In this document: one piece after another, positions 37,633 through 49,617 of the stretch
How the letters are laid out: each line of letters starts with the position of its first letter
Numbering within the stretch: position 1 is the stretch's first letter
Origin: Macrostomum lignano
Lineage: Eukaryota
Direction of reading: 5' to 3'
DNA: 64,000 nucleotides
Assembly (NCBI GenBank): GCA_002269645.1
Contig: NIVC01000232.1
Span: 133,684-197,683 of the forward strand
Notes under the pieces: generated by a model
Seen by the model: only the letters and a program-made list of their open reading frames with translations
Told to the model about the DNA's origin: nothing
Database searches by the model: none
Made by a program: the position numbers and the translations under genes

Positions 37633-39974
37633 TAGTCAACCCCAATTAGGTGCAGCGAACCCATTGTGGACTGGAACTCGTGTCACAATCATACGGTGGC
37701 TTGACAAGCCTTTTTCTTCACGAAAAAACGGCATATAGTAAGCCAAATTCTGCATGCAAATTTGCATTTTCGGCATGTATTTTTTGATTTGCTGGAAGGC
37801 GTGGCGGGACCCACACTGCCTAAAATTACCTAAATAAATATCAGTGCTTTAAAACTAACAAGGCTGCACTTGCGATAAAAAAAATTGTTTGTTTCTTAGG
37901 CAATTGTCAGTCAGCATGTTGCTCCGAATGGTTTGTTTTAATAGTAATAAGTTACTCTCCTAATATTTAAATTTATCGTTTTCCTAGACTTCAGGAATTA
38001 GTCGACACCACTGTATTTATATGGTAGTAGATTCAGGACATCTTTAAAAAACCGTTAGGTGAATTCATGGATTTATCTTCCGTTTAGAATAGCTAAAATT
38101 TAAAACATTGAATTGTGTTTAATTACGCTTAATATTCTTGCAGCTTTGTTTTACATTGCTAGATAAATCCAAAATATCAACATGATGTGATTGTGATGTA
38201 CAAATCTTATCATATAAGTTAAATTCATTACATGAAATTAAAAAATGCTGTACTTGACCTATCTATATACATATTATTTGAAACTTTTTGAATCTATAAA
38301 TTATAATAATTCTAGCAAATATAAAGTAATGGACCATCTAGACTATGTCTATAGATAACTATTTTGTGTGTGCTGCTGTGCAGTGTGTGTGTGTGTGTGT
38401 TTCTGTATGTGTGCTGTGTGTGTTTTGTGCTGTGTGTCTATTGTAATAGTCGTTTATTTGTGTCAAGGTTTAACTAGCAATAACAATTAGTCTATATTTA
38501 TTTGTAAATGAGAATCTTATTTTTACATTATAATGCCTTTTCTTTATATATTGTATTTGAAGAACCATTTTGTTGAATTGTTGGTTTAGTTTAGACAATA
38601 TATTTATTTTGTTTCTTTTTTATTTCTTGTGGCTTAATGTTTTATAATAATTTACCTTTAGAAAAAATATATATTTGACTTGAGACAGACTATACTATAG
38701 CTATATAATATATTTTAAACCACAAGCCAATTAGTATGCCTAGTTATATAAATAATAGGGTATTTTGTTTGAATGGATCTTCGTTTAAGTAGGCTATTTT
38801 GTTATAAATAAAAAACACATAGTTATACTGATGAGAATTTTTTATGCAAATAAATTTTGTTGAAACTGATAGATAGTGTGAATTTTTGTTTTGACTTGTC
38901 CTTTGCATCCCAACCTTTTTCAAGCTATAAATAAAAATGGTTTTGCTGCATTGGGTTTTTTGCCTGCCATTTTTTTAATTCAGTTCAAGAAAGCAAATCA
39001 TTTTGACTTAATACTCTAGAAAGCGAAATAAATAAAAGGAAGGAGAAACCCATGAGAGGACAGCAAACAAAGGAAAAATGGTCAGCTAGTTGGGCAACTC
39101 CAGTCCCAGGATAGCCTAATTTAGGACTGGATGAATTAGAAGTCTGAATATAGTTATTAAGGAAATTAGATCAATGTTTGCCACTCGAAACTGCTACTAG
39201 GACAACTTCAATGTGTAAGGAGTCCTTTGACTAAATTTTGGATAAGAAACCTAGGCTACAATAACTTGGTTGCTAACCAGTGGAACTTTGATTAGACAGA
39301 GAGAAACGCTGGAATATACTTAAACTCATATTGTTTTTTTCTTAGTTATATTTGTTTTATCTGTTTATAAATATTTTAACTTTTATTAATCACTGCTTCT
39401 ATATATAACACTAAGACCAAAGTATTTCAAGGGGTTGGATTCTGTTTATAGCCAGGTACTAACTTAGGGTTCATATATAAAATTTCCCTAGAGCTTATAT
39501 CCTAAATTCCCATGAACCTACTAAAACCTACTAATGATGATAAATAAGTCAGGGCCATTATATTATGCCTAGTGATACTATATATCAAAAAATATGCATG
39601 TCTGTTTGGGAGGTCACAATAACAGGAGGCATAATTGCTTGCCCTCTTGCTAACTTGATTTACTCCCAAACCCAATGAACCTTTGAACTAATTAACCAAC
39701 TATTAGCGCCTTCTATGTAATTTAAAAAATTCTAATATTTCTATGCTACAAAGTAACTATAATGACATTAAGTGAATTAATAATAAACTTATCAGATGAC
39801 GAGGCATTCACTATTTACAGTTGACAAAAGTTGCTCCTGCTATTTACCCAGTACTCCCGCTTTTCAGTCCAACATTTACAAGTGCTTGAAACTTGCTATG
39901 GTAGCTATGGCAATGGTTGCTATGGTAGGGTTTTAAATTGTAACATTATTGTAGCTTATGCTTTACACTGTCAA

Positions 39975-40280
39975 GGTTGTAGCCCAGTGGTTAGAGAGTC
40001 GGACTCACAACTTGAAGTTCGGGAGTTCAATTCTGAACCCAGTCAAAAAAATTTGTGTCCTTGAGCAATAACACTTAAATCTGCATTGCTTCAGCTCACC
40101 CAGCTGTAAAATGGGTGCCAGCATTACCTGGGGTAATTGAGGGTGTGTGTGGCGACCCCCCAGTCCTTGGACTGAACAGCCTTACGCAGCCTTCAGATCC
40201 GCTGTGCAATAGCTGCGGCTGAGCTGTCGGTTGCACATCTGGCCCAATAGGGGGCAGGTGTAATCAATTATTATTATTAT
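39975..40280 (+). mobile_element. tRNA-derived SINE with CORE/Meta-like central domain and (ATT)n tail
   Basis: A box TAGCCCAGTGG, B box GGGAGTTCAATTC, then GTGTCCTTGAGCAA..CACTTAA...CAGCTGTAAAATGGG resembling the CORE-SINE domain. Ends in AATTATTATTATTAT. Confidence 0.75.
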
Positions 40281-40781
40281 CTGCACTATGCATATACGAG
40301 TACTAAATTCACTGCACCTACTATCTTAAATGCTATATTGTTTAGTGGAACACTGGATATCAGGATCTAGATTTCCCAATGCTTTACCAGTCCCTTCGTG
40401 TGCTCTCGCTCGTGTTCAGGTTAGAAAAAAATTGATTAAAAAATTCTGCGATAAAGCCAATATGCATGTCCATTCGTTTCTTTTTGTAATTTCCTCCCAA
40501 AGACTGCACTTCCGTTCACCCCCACTATGCGTTTGCAAATTTGCTGTCGAACTCCCGGTCGAACCGAGAAGATTTATTCGAGCCAATCGATTGTCAGCCT
40601 TATAAGGACGAGAGGAAAAAGGGACGAAAAAATAGTAATTTTTAATCAAACGAACACGACTAAAAAAGTCTACTTTAATAAAAATATATAAAAGAGATTC
40701 ATTCTGGCACGAAGGCGAAGCAGAGCCGGTAGCAGTTCCACTGGAGTGTTTGCAAAACTGCAGCAACGAACCGGATCAATC

Positions 40782-43213
40782 ATGGCAGCGTCTGTATTTG
40801 TGGCTGTGCTTGTCGCTACTCTCCTGTACAGCGGCCTGTGGTCCAGCAGCCGCTCAGTAAACGGCATCACAGGCTGTCCTGACGTAACAACCTTTGCATC
40901 GGCTGTTGAACCATTCGATTCATCCCAGATGAGAGCTTTACGCAATCTGTCGACGAAAGATCGTTTGATTCAACTGGCTCAACCGTTGCTAGTTGAACGT
41001 CCAGTCGGATCGAAGAATCATGATATTGTTCGCGATTATTTAGTTAGTAGTATGCGCAAACTGAGCTGGTCCGTTAGCTTTGATAGCTTCGAACAGGACA
41101 CTGTAGATGGCCGTCACAAGTTCGATAATATCATTGCTTCTCTGCATCCGAATGCACCTAGGAAGTTGGTTCTGGCTGCTCATTTTGAGTCGAAGAAAAT
41201 GCCCGGGTTTATTGGTGCGATTGATTCAGCGGTGCCGTGCGCGATCCTGCTGCAGCTAGCGGAAGCTCTGACCCCGTTGGTTCGAAGAAACGGTTCCTCG
41301 GCTAAGGCGGAGCTGGGACTGCAGTTTGTGTTCTTCGATGGTGAGGAGGCGTTTCAAGCTTGGACTGCTACCGATTCTATCTACGGGGCCAGGCACTTGG
41401 CGGCCAGGTGAGAAAAGGGGGTTGTAGACTGGCTGTTTCAAGTGAAACACAAAAATAGGGTCAAGGAGAGAGGACAAGCTAGGTGGGGAAGAGAGGGGAA
41501 TCTATCTGGTTGGAAAGAAATTGAATGTAAGGAAAGGAAAAAGAATCTAGATGGGAGAGAGAGAGGGAGGAATCTATTTAGGAGAGAAGGGAATCTAGGT
41601 GGAAGAGAGGGGATGGAAATCTAGGTGGGAGAGAGGAGATGGAAATCTAGGTGTGGGAGAGAGGGGAATCTATGTGGGAGAGAGGAGATGGAAATCTATG
41701 TGGGAGAGAGGAGATGGAAATCTAGGTGGGAGAGAGGAGATGGAAATCTAGGTGGGAGAGAGGAGATGGAAATCTAGGTGTGGGAGAGAGGGGAATCTAT
41801 GTGGGAGAGAGGAGATGGAAATCTATGTGGGAGAGAGGAGATGGAAATCTAGGTGGGAGAGAGGAGATGGAAATCTAGGTGTGGGAGAGAGGGGAATCTA
41901 TGTGGGAGAGAGGAGATGGAAATCTATGTGGGAGAGAGGAGATGGAAATCTAGGTGGGAGAGAGGAGATGGAAATCTAGGTGGGAGAGAGGAGATGGAAA
42001 TCTAGGTGGGAGAGAGGAGATGGAAATCTAGGTGTGGGAGAGAGGGGAATCTATGTGGGAGAGAGGAGATGGAAATCTAGGTGGGGGAGAGGAGATGGAA
42101 ATCTAGGTGGGAGAGAGGAGATGGAAATCTAGGTGGGGGAGAGGGGGAATCTAGGTGGGGGAGAGGGGGAATCTAGGTGGGGGAGAGAGGGGAATCTAGG
42201 TGGGAGAGAGGGAAATCTAGGTGTGGGAGGGAGGGGAATCTAGGTGGGGGAGAGGGCGAAATCTAGGTGGGGGAGAGAGGGGAATCTAGGTGTGGGAGAG
42301 AGGAATCTAGGTGGGGGAGAGGGGAATCTAGGTGTGGGAGAGAGGGGAATCTAGGTGGGGGAGTGAGGGGAATCTAGGTGGGGGAGAGGGGAATCTAGGT
42401 GTGGGAGAGAGGGGAATCTAGGTGTGGGAGAGAGGAATCTAGGTGGGGGAGAGGGGAATCTAGGTGTGGGAGAGAGGAATCTAGGTGGGGGAGAGGGGAA
42501 TCTAGGTGTGGGAGAGAGGGGAATCTAGGTGGGGGAGTGAGGGGAATCTAGGTAAAAGAAAAAAAATAAATTAGGTGGGAGTGAGAAATAGGGGAATCAA
42601 GGAGACGTAGGGGAATTCCAAAACAGATAAATCTATACAGGAAGCGGAACCAGGACAGCAGAGAGATAGAGAGAGGAATACTCGTAGGGAAGAGTTAAGT
42701 AGCAGCTGAACAGTCGCAAACTGAACTCTTCTGCACAGATGGTCAGCTGAGAAGGGCGTCTCACCCGAATGCACCGTACTGAAGGAGATGGACAGCTTGG
42801 TACTGCTAGACCTGATCGGCCACAAAAACACACACTTTTGCTATCTGTCGCACGGTAGCAGCAATCGAGCTCTGGTTGACAAAGAGAAAGCCCTATTTTC
42901 CGGTTTAGTTTCCGCTGAGACTCGGCTTAGAAACGCCGGTCTCCTGTCTGACTCAAAGGGCGCAACGTTTTTTCAACCGGTAGTTCGATACGGTCAAATC
43001 GAAGACGATCACGTGCCATTTCGTCAACGCAAGGTGCCAGTAGTTCACATTATTGCTGTGCCATTTCCACCTGTGTGGCATAATATTAATGACAATGCGG
43101 ATAATATCAATTGGGATCAGTCTGAAGATATTGGGGCGATTGTGCAGCTGTGGACTGCCGAGATGCTTCATCTGAGACCGATTGTCAACGGTAGCGGTGG
43201 CAAAGAGTTGTGA
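40782..43213 (+). CDS. QPCT: Glutaminyl-peptide cyclotransferase (QPCT/QPCTL, M28 family). Exons 40782-41407 and 42739-43213
   Basis: Hydrophobic N-terminal signal/anchor; LAAHFESK, GAIDSAVPCA, FFDGEEAF, SIYGARHLA, LLDLIG, IEDDHVPF, WHNINDN. Phase-2 GT-AG intron (AG|A = Arg). Confidence 0.95.
41590..42553. repeat. Purine-rich ~26-bp minisatellite (GGAAATCTAGGTGGGAGAGAGGAGAT) filling the QPCT intron
   Basis: Tandem units whose length and G content drift along the array. Confidence 0.93.
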
Positions 43214-43604
43214 CTAGTTGACGGAGGGTCTCCTGGCAGCGACTCTCCTATTAGTGAAGCCAAGTCTGCCAGTGTTTTGCTGTCATCTGGTGTCGGTTCG
43301 ATGTTGTGCCTAATTATTTGGCAACCGTGGCTGTTAAACTTGCAACTGCTCTGGATGGCCGGTTTGAGATTGAGCTGTTTGTTTAAGCTAACATGAGGAC
43401 AATAAACTTGATCGATCTTAAAGAAGACTTAAAGACTGAAAGCTGTTTTTCTTGAAGTACACTTTTTACGCTATGTTCGTTTTCAATATGAAGTAAAGAT
43501 CTGTTGAAATTATGTTTCTTCACAATTTATGCCGTCCACTTGAGTCTTAATGTATATCCTCCATCTGGGTCACTGGAATCTGGGAGGTCACCATCCTTCC
43601 AAAA

Positions 43605-44230
43605 CCTCAGTTGATGGGCCAGCTTTCCAGATTTCTCTTCATTTGCTGGGCTAGCCTCGCAGATCCTCAGTTGCTGGGCCCGCTTCCCAGATTCTCAGTT
43701 GCTGGGCCAGCTTCCCAGATTCTCAGTTGCTGGGCCAGCTTCCCAGATTCTCAGTTGCAGCCTTCCAGATCCTCAGTTGCTGGGTGGACCAGCCTCCCTG
43801 CAGATCCTCAGTTGCTGGTCCAGCCTCCCAGATCTTCGATCAGTTGCAGGGCCAGCCTCCCAGATCTTCGATCAGTTGCAGGGCCAGCCTCCCAGATCCT
43901 CAGTTGCTGGGCCAACAGCCTCCCAGATCCTCGGTTGCTGGCCAGCCTCCCAGATCCCCAGTTGCTGGGCCAGCTTCCCAGTGTCAGTTGCTGGGCCAGC
44001 CTCCCAGATCCTCGGTTGCTGGCCAGCCTCCCAGATCCCCAGTTGCTGGGCCAGCTTCCCAGTGTCAGCTGCTGGGCCAGCTTCCCAGAGTGTCAGTTGC
44101 TGGGCCAGCCTTCTAGATCCTCCCTCGATCAGTTGCTGGGCCAGCCTCCCAGATCCTCAGTTGCTGGGCCAGCCTCCTAGATCCTCGATCAGTTGCAGAG
44201 CCAGCCTCCCGGTGTCAGTTGCTGGGCCAC
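43605..44230. repeat. ~28-bp minisatellite GTTGCTGGGCCAGCCTCCCAGATCCTCA downstream of QPCT
   Basis: Imperfect tandem units. Confidence 0.9.
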
Positions 44231-45975
44231 CGGCACTCTCCCATATTATACTTCTTGACTAGGCCATCCTGAGTCCTGACTTATTAAATACAATTTTTTA
44301 TGGCTTTTTTCAGAATTTTCTTTGCGTGTGGACACTGAATAGTAACAAAAGATATTTTATGTATCATTCATTCGCTGATATTTAATTGTCATGAATGCTT
44401 AGCTTCTATTGTCACTAAAGTTGCACTACATGCTTAGCTTTTATAGACTACAGGGTTTTCCATTTGTCAATGTAACAGTACATTTATATGCATGTCACGA
44501 CCAGTGACTCTTGCACTATGACAAATCAACTAGTACTTGGTTGTCAATTCACCTTCGAGATGCAACAGTAAGTGTAAATGTAATACAAACTACATGTATT
44601 ATCATGCCAGACTGATATTAACAGATCTAAGACTTAGCTGAAGTAATGCATATCCCTTTGATCCTTCAGGAATGGATTGATTCCACTACTCCTGATTATT
44701 TAGTAGCAGACACAAACTATTTTATTGGCTTTACCATAGCGTGCTAAAATTATTTAATTTGGCAGTATGTTTTTTCGTATATCAGAAACTTTGCAGTTAT
44801 CGCAAAATATCGAAGCTGCTAGAACTATAGTTTATTATTGGCTGTACACCATTTTTATCAGGTTTGTTTATTTGAAGTCACAGTTTTTGTTTTTCTAGTG
44901 TCAAGCGGTAATCATAAACTCGTATGTACTATATAACGCTACTGTAATGAATTGTTTTTTATTTATAAACTTGTAATCATCCGTTGATGCATCGCACCCT
45001 TAAACAGCTATTTACTAAACTAACAACATCATTTTAATTTCATATCGATATTAATATTCTAACGTTCTGACTGCCTGAAATATTTCAGCTTCTAAAAATG
45101 TATCAGCTATTGCTATTGCCTTTACTAAAGACAACATATAAATGCTATAGAAACTAGAACCTATTCTAAAATATAAAATCAATTCCTGACAATTACTGCT
45201 TCTTTGTGCCAATAAAAACTCATGTTGAAATACTTAGCGGAAGTGCTGATTTTTATGTTTTGAATTGATTTGACTTTGGATCGCAATTTGAAACTACGCT
45301 CGAATTATTACAATGGGTTACTATGAATACTGGCATCATTTACAACTTAATTTAAAATTAGGCAGTTAATAAAGCACACATTATTAATGTAAAATTTCCT
45401 TCAAAGTTCAATTGAAACATTATTCTGTAGTATCATTTTTGTTATTTATGTTTAAATTTTAACGTAACATATTTTTATTTATGACTACAAGTCATTCAGC
45501 GTCGCATGGCAAAACGAGTTTGGATATTTTGCAGTGAGCAGAACTAAAATTACAAAATCAGTGATAGCAAATAGTGCAATTATAAAGCCAACATATCATA
45601 AGCCTCTGAGTCACAAAAGAATGCTCTAAAATACACTGCAAATTTCTTTACATAGTAATAACAAGACTGGCACTAAAACGCGTGAGAAATGTGTTGAAGC
45701 CTTTTAAAGTACAAAAAGACTAAATAATGTAAGGGGCCAAATCACACTGAAAAATATTCTTAATATTTCTAGCTCGCAAATATACCGCTACGAACTACTT
45801 ATCTTTAAGTAACAATTGAAGAGAAAACTGCCTAAATGGATATAGTATAGAATACACAGTGATTAAGATTAAAGACAAGTATCTAAATTGGCTTGCGGCT
45901 TTGTCAGCAATCTGTAATTATAATTATATTGAGTATTACTTGAATACACACAAAGAATGATAGAGAAGACTATCT

Positions 45976-47361
45976 CTACACATTCTCAGGCCGAAGACGA
46001 AGGTGTTTAGTCAGTGTGTTCTTTTCAACTACAGGTGTCTGATTGACAATATTGCCAGCATAATTGGCACGCTTATTCTTCAGCTCATTCGTCACAATCA
46101 TTCGCAGACATTCCAAATCCATGCGAATGGGCCGCTCAAGAACGTCGCACATTGTTTGTATAAACCAAGAGCCACTGTCCCCCACTCGGATAGCGGCAAA
46201 ACCCTGGAAGGTGGCATGGCACACGTACAGATCGCAGTTATCCTGCTGACTAGTAGGGGGACTCTCGCGGGGCGCCGGACCGTCCGCATAGACTTCCCGC
46301 GGCGCACTAGTAACAGCCTGTTGAAGTAAGTCGCCTCTGCAGCATTGGAAGAAAAAGATCTTCGGTCGGTCGCGCATGCAACCGTCAAGGAAGGGCAGAA
46401 CGATGTCATCCCAATACTTCAACTTTTGTCCGTCGGCGAGTTCAATGCAGTCCTCAATGCCGTGTGACATAACGAAAACAACTAGGCAGCTAAATTTTTT
46501 ATTTGCCTCCATCATCTCTTTGATAAGTTTAAGAATTTTTTTTACTTCTTGAACATCCGGATCGATTCGGCAGCAGAAGTGGTACCGAAAACTATTTTGA
46601 AACAACTCTTTCAACCGCTGAACATCCTTCTCCGAGCCGACACGAACCTCCCTACCGGGAATACGGTGCACATTGATGACGGCGCATACAGAATCAGCCA
46701 TAGGATACTCGCCAATCTGTGATAGTGCATTGTAATGCGCTGATGGACTTTCCCCTATATGAGCCGTAGAAGATGGGTCAATGGCAGTAACAGCAGCAGG
46801 AGCAAAAGCAGTTGGAGCCACTGTAACACTAGCAAATCTCTGGGAGTATCCCTGGATTAAGCTGTTCACGTTTGGCGACATATCGCCAAGAAAAAGGAGA
46901 GCTTTTACATTATCATCAGTGACAACTTTTTCCTCGATTAATTGCATCATCAAATCCAGAGCATCAGTCTCAATCAATTTTCCTGTGTCTGTCAGCTTCT
47001 GCTGCAGCAGTTTGCACAGTCTGGGCACATCTCCATCAGGGAACTGGACGGCAATGTTGAATAGCAGACTTCGTAGTGGTTTAATTCGTTTTTGTGACTC
47101 TTTTACTTCTGGCAGTGTGTTTAGAATGCAACTAGCAAGCAAGGGTATGTTAGCCGCCAGCACTGCCTCATAGAGCACACCAGGAGCAGCCGATCTGCCA
47201 TACCAGCGCTGCACAGCTGCCAGTAGCTGTTCACTGCTTCGAATCTCCAACAAAGTCTTGCAGCTTGGCTCAACTGCTAATAGGAAAACAATGTCCTTGA
47301 TATCCTTCAGAGATAGGAATGCCAGAAATGGTCTAATCTTGTTTCCTTGAGGATCAGGCAT
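45976..47361 (-). CDS. Initiator-type caspase with death-fold (probably tandem DED) prodomain; single coding exon; likely ATG at 47361
   Basis: RVGSEKD, CLVVFVMSHG (catalytic His), KIFFFQCCRG (catalytic Cys), linker EVYADG, DLYVCHAT, GSWFIQ. The N-terminal helical region PLRSLLFNIA...ALDLMMQLIEE resembles DED. Confidence 0.9.
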   Translation of the reverse strand: MPDPQGNKIRPFLAFLSLKDIKDIVFLLAVEPSCKTLLEIRSSEQLLAAVQRWYGRSAAPGVLYEAVLAANIPLLASCILNTLPEVKESQKRIKPLRSLLFNIAVQFPDGDVPRLCKLLQQKLTDTGKLIETDALDLMMQLIEEKVVTDDNVKALLFLGDMSPNVNSLIQGYSQRFASVTVAPTAFAPAAVTAIDPSSTAHIGESPSAHYNALSQIGEYPMADSVCAVINVHRIPGREVRVGSEKDVQRLKELFQNSFRYHFCCRIDPDVQEVKKILKLIKEMMEANKKFSCLVVFVMSHGIEDCIELADGQKLKYWDDIVLPFLDGCMRDRPKIFFFQCCRGDLLQQAVTSAPREVYADGPAPRESPPTSQQDNCDLYVCHATFQGFAAIRVGDSGSWFIQTMCDVLERPIRMDLECLRMIVTNELKNKRANYAGNIVNQTPVVEKNTLTKHLRLRPENV

Positions 47362-47493
47362 TGGGAAATATGCTGGTTTTAATTGCAATAACAGTAAAAT
47401 AAATTTTGGTTGAGTTTTTGTAGATTCATTAGCTTGATATTTAATATTTAAGCTCAACAAAGCAAAGCAAAAACATAATAAACTTAATTTTAA

Positions 47494-47935
47494 TGCCTGC
47501 TACAGAGGAGGCGCCAGCTACAGAGGGGTGCCAGCTATAGAGGGGTGCCAGCTACAGAGGGGTACCAGATTCAGAGGGGTGCCAGATACAGAGGGGTGTC
47601 AGATACAGAGGGGTGCCAGCTACAGAGGGGTGCCAGATACAGAGGGGTGCCAGCTATAGAGGGGTGCCAGCTACAGAGGGGTACCAGATTCAGAGGGGTG
47701 CCAGATACAGAGGGGTGTCAGATACAGAGGGGTGCCAGCTACAGAGGGGTGCCAGATACAGAGGGGTGCCAGCTACAGAGGGGTGCCAGATACAGAGGGG
47801 TGCAAGATATAGAAAGGCGCCAGATACAGAAGGGTGCCAGCTATAGAGGGGTGCCAGCTACAGAGGGGTGCCAAATATAGAGGGTGCAAGCTACAAAAGG
47901 GGTGCTAAATACCAAGGGGTGCTAGCTATAGAGGG
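47494..47935. repeat. 17-bp minisatellite GGGTGCCAG(C/A)TACAGAG just upstream of the caspase
   Basis: Tandem units visible. Confidence 0.92.
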
Positions 47936-48390
47936 GGCAATCAATAGAAAGGGTACCAAAGAAGGGAAAATAAAAGCAATCAAGCAAACCAATATTTTGA
48001 CAGGGGCTATGGCTACTTGGTTTGGCCTTCTAAGATATATTTACTTTTTGAATACAAAATAACTTAAAATACTCATATTGAATATTATATTATATATATA
48101 TATATATATATAATTATACATAGAGAGGTACTCCTTTTATACCTTAAATATATAGGGCCCTGTATTTATATATACAGTCATGCACAAAAGTAAGTACACC
48201 CCAAGCAAAAATTGAGAAAAACTGTTAAAATTTCTGAACCGTCAGCTGTATTACAACAAAACTGCATCACAATGATCCTTATTGACTGGCATTTATTTTG
48301 ACACATCAAGCTTTGAAAAACTCGTTGTGGCTACGGAGCTATGGCAAAAAATGCTCAAACACACCTGTGCAAAAGTAAGTACACCCTGTC

Positions 48391-49413
48391 TTAATACTTT
48401 GTAGCTCCACCTCGTGCAGCCACCACAGCCAAGAGCCGCTTGCGGTAGCCATTCACCAGCGCAGCGCACCTCTCAGCGGGCACTTTCCGCCACTCCTCGA
48501 TGCAGAATTCGGCCAATTCCCGCAGATTCTTCGGCTTCCTTGCGTGAACCATCTTCTTGAGATCCGTCCACAGCATCTCGATCGGATTCAGGTCAGGGCT
48601 CTGGCTTGGCCACTCCATGACCTTGATGCGCCTCTGCTGCAGCCATCGCCGAGTTGCAGCGCTCGTGTGCTTGGGGTCATTGTCCTGCTGCAGTGTCCAA
48701 GCTCGTCCAAGACCGAGGTCATGCACTGATGGCTGCAGGTTTTCATCAAGGATCTGCTGATACACAGCCGAATTCATCTTCTCGGTGATGTGCATCAGCC
48801 TGCCGGTGCCAGCAGCTGCAAAGCAGCCCCACAGCATGATGCTGCCGCCTCCGTGCTTGACTGTCGGCTTCAGGTGTTTCTGCTCAAATGCGGTGTTCGG
48901 CTTGCGCCACACGCGCTGCTTCTCATTCCTGCCGAACAGCTCAATCTTGGTTTCATCAGTCCAAAGCACTGACTGCCAGTAGCTGTCTGGCTTGCTCAGC
49001 ATCGCATTAGCAAACTGCAGCCTGGCATCGCGATGTCGCTGCTGCAGCAGAGGCTTTTTTCTTGGAATGCAGCTGCGGAGGCCCGCGCGGTTCAGGGCTC
49101 GGCGAACAGTAGTCCTGTGCGGCAATAAGCCAGCTGCATTCAGCATCTGCTGCAGCTCGCCTGATGTTGCATTCGGGTTTTGGCTGACCTCTTGCGTGAG
49201 TTTGCGCAGCGCGCGAGCTGAAATTTTACTTGGCCGGCCACTGCGAGGCAGAGATGCTGTGGTGCCGTGCTGCTTGTACTTTGCGATGATGCGCCTAACC
49301 GTTGATACATGCACATTGAAGGCAGTCGATATCCGCTTGTAGCCATCGCCACTATTGTGAGCTGCTACAATGCGATTTCTTAACTGAACTGACAGCTCCT
49401 GGCCTCTTGGCAT
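48391..49413 (-). CDS. Intact Tc1 DD34E transposase, 340 aa
   Basis: MPRGQELS... paired-like HTH, GRPSK, WTDETK, TVKHGGGSIMLWGCF, QQDNDPKH-(34 aa)-SPDLNPIE. No stops or frameshifts. Confidence 0.97.
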   Translation of the reverse strand: MPRGQELSVQLRNRIVAAHNSGDGYKRISTAFNVHVSTVRRIIAKYKQHGTTASLPRSGRPSKISARALRKLTQEVSQNPNATSGELQQMLNAAGLLPHRTTVRRALNRAGLRSCIPRKKPLLQQRHRDARLQFANAMLSKPDSYWQSVLWTDETKIELFGRNEKQRVWRKPNTAFEQKHLKPTVKHGGGSIMLWGCFAAAGTGRLMHITEKMNSAVYQQILDENLQPSVHDLGLGRAWTLQQDNDPKHTSAATRRWLQQRRIKVMEWPSQSPDLNPIEMLWTDLKKMVHARKPKNLRELAEFCIEEWRKVPAERCAALVNGYRKRLLAVVAARGGATKY

Positions 49414-49617
49414 TGTCCTGGCGTGTATCAAGTCAATGACGAAGCGGCTGCATTGCACATAAGCTTTATAGTAGCATGAAAACCAGTAGCTGAGCCGATT
49501 GAGGGCAAGGGCAAGCAGGACTAAAGTCGCTGGTGACGTAACAGGCAATGAGGCGGCTGGCAATGTACTTATGGTGGCTCGCATCTGCACAGAGGAGGTT
49601 ATACTGGTAGTAAAGGG

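Noticed and set aside
37700-39900. AT-rich intergenic stretches (also 44300-45900, 51000-52400, 61300-62400)
   Set aside because: No ORF, TIR/TSD or RNA structure that I could support.
39975-40055. Functional tRNA gene
   Set aside because: No proper acceptor stem or T-run terminator; it continues into a SINE body with an (ATT)n tail.
41170-41200. QPCT HFESK (Glu instead of the usual Asp) as a sign of inactivity
   Set aside because: The change is conservative, and the zinc ligands (D in GAIDS, E in GEEA, H in WHN) and catalytic residues are intact.
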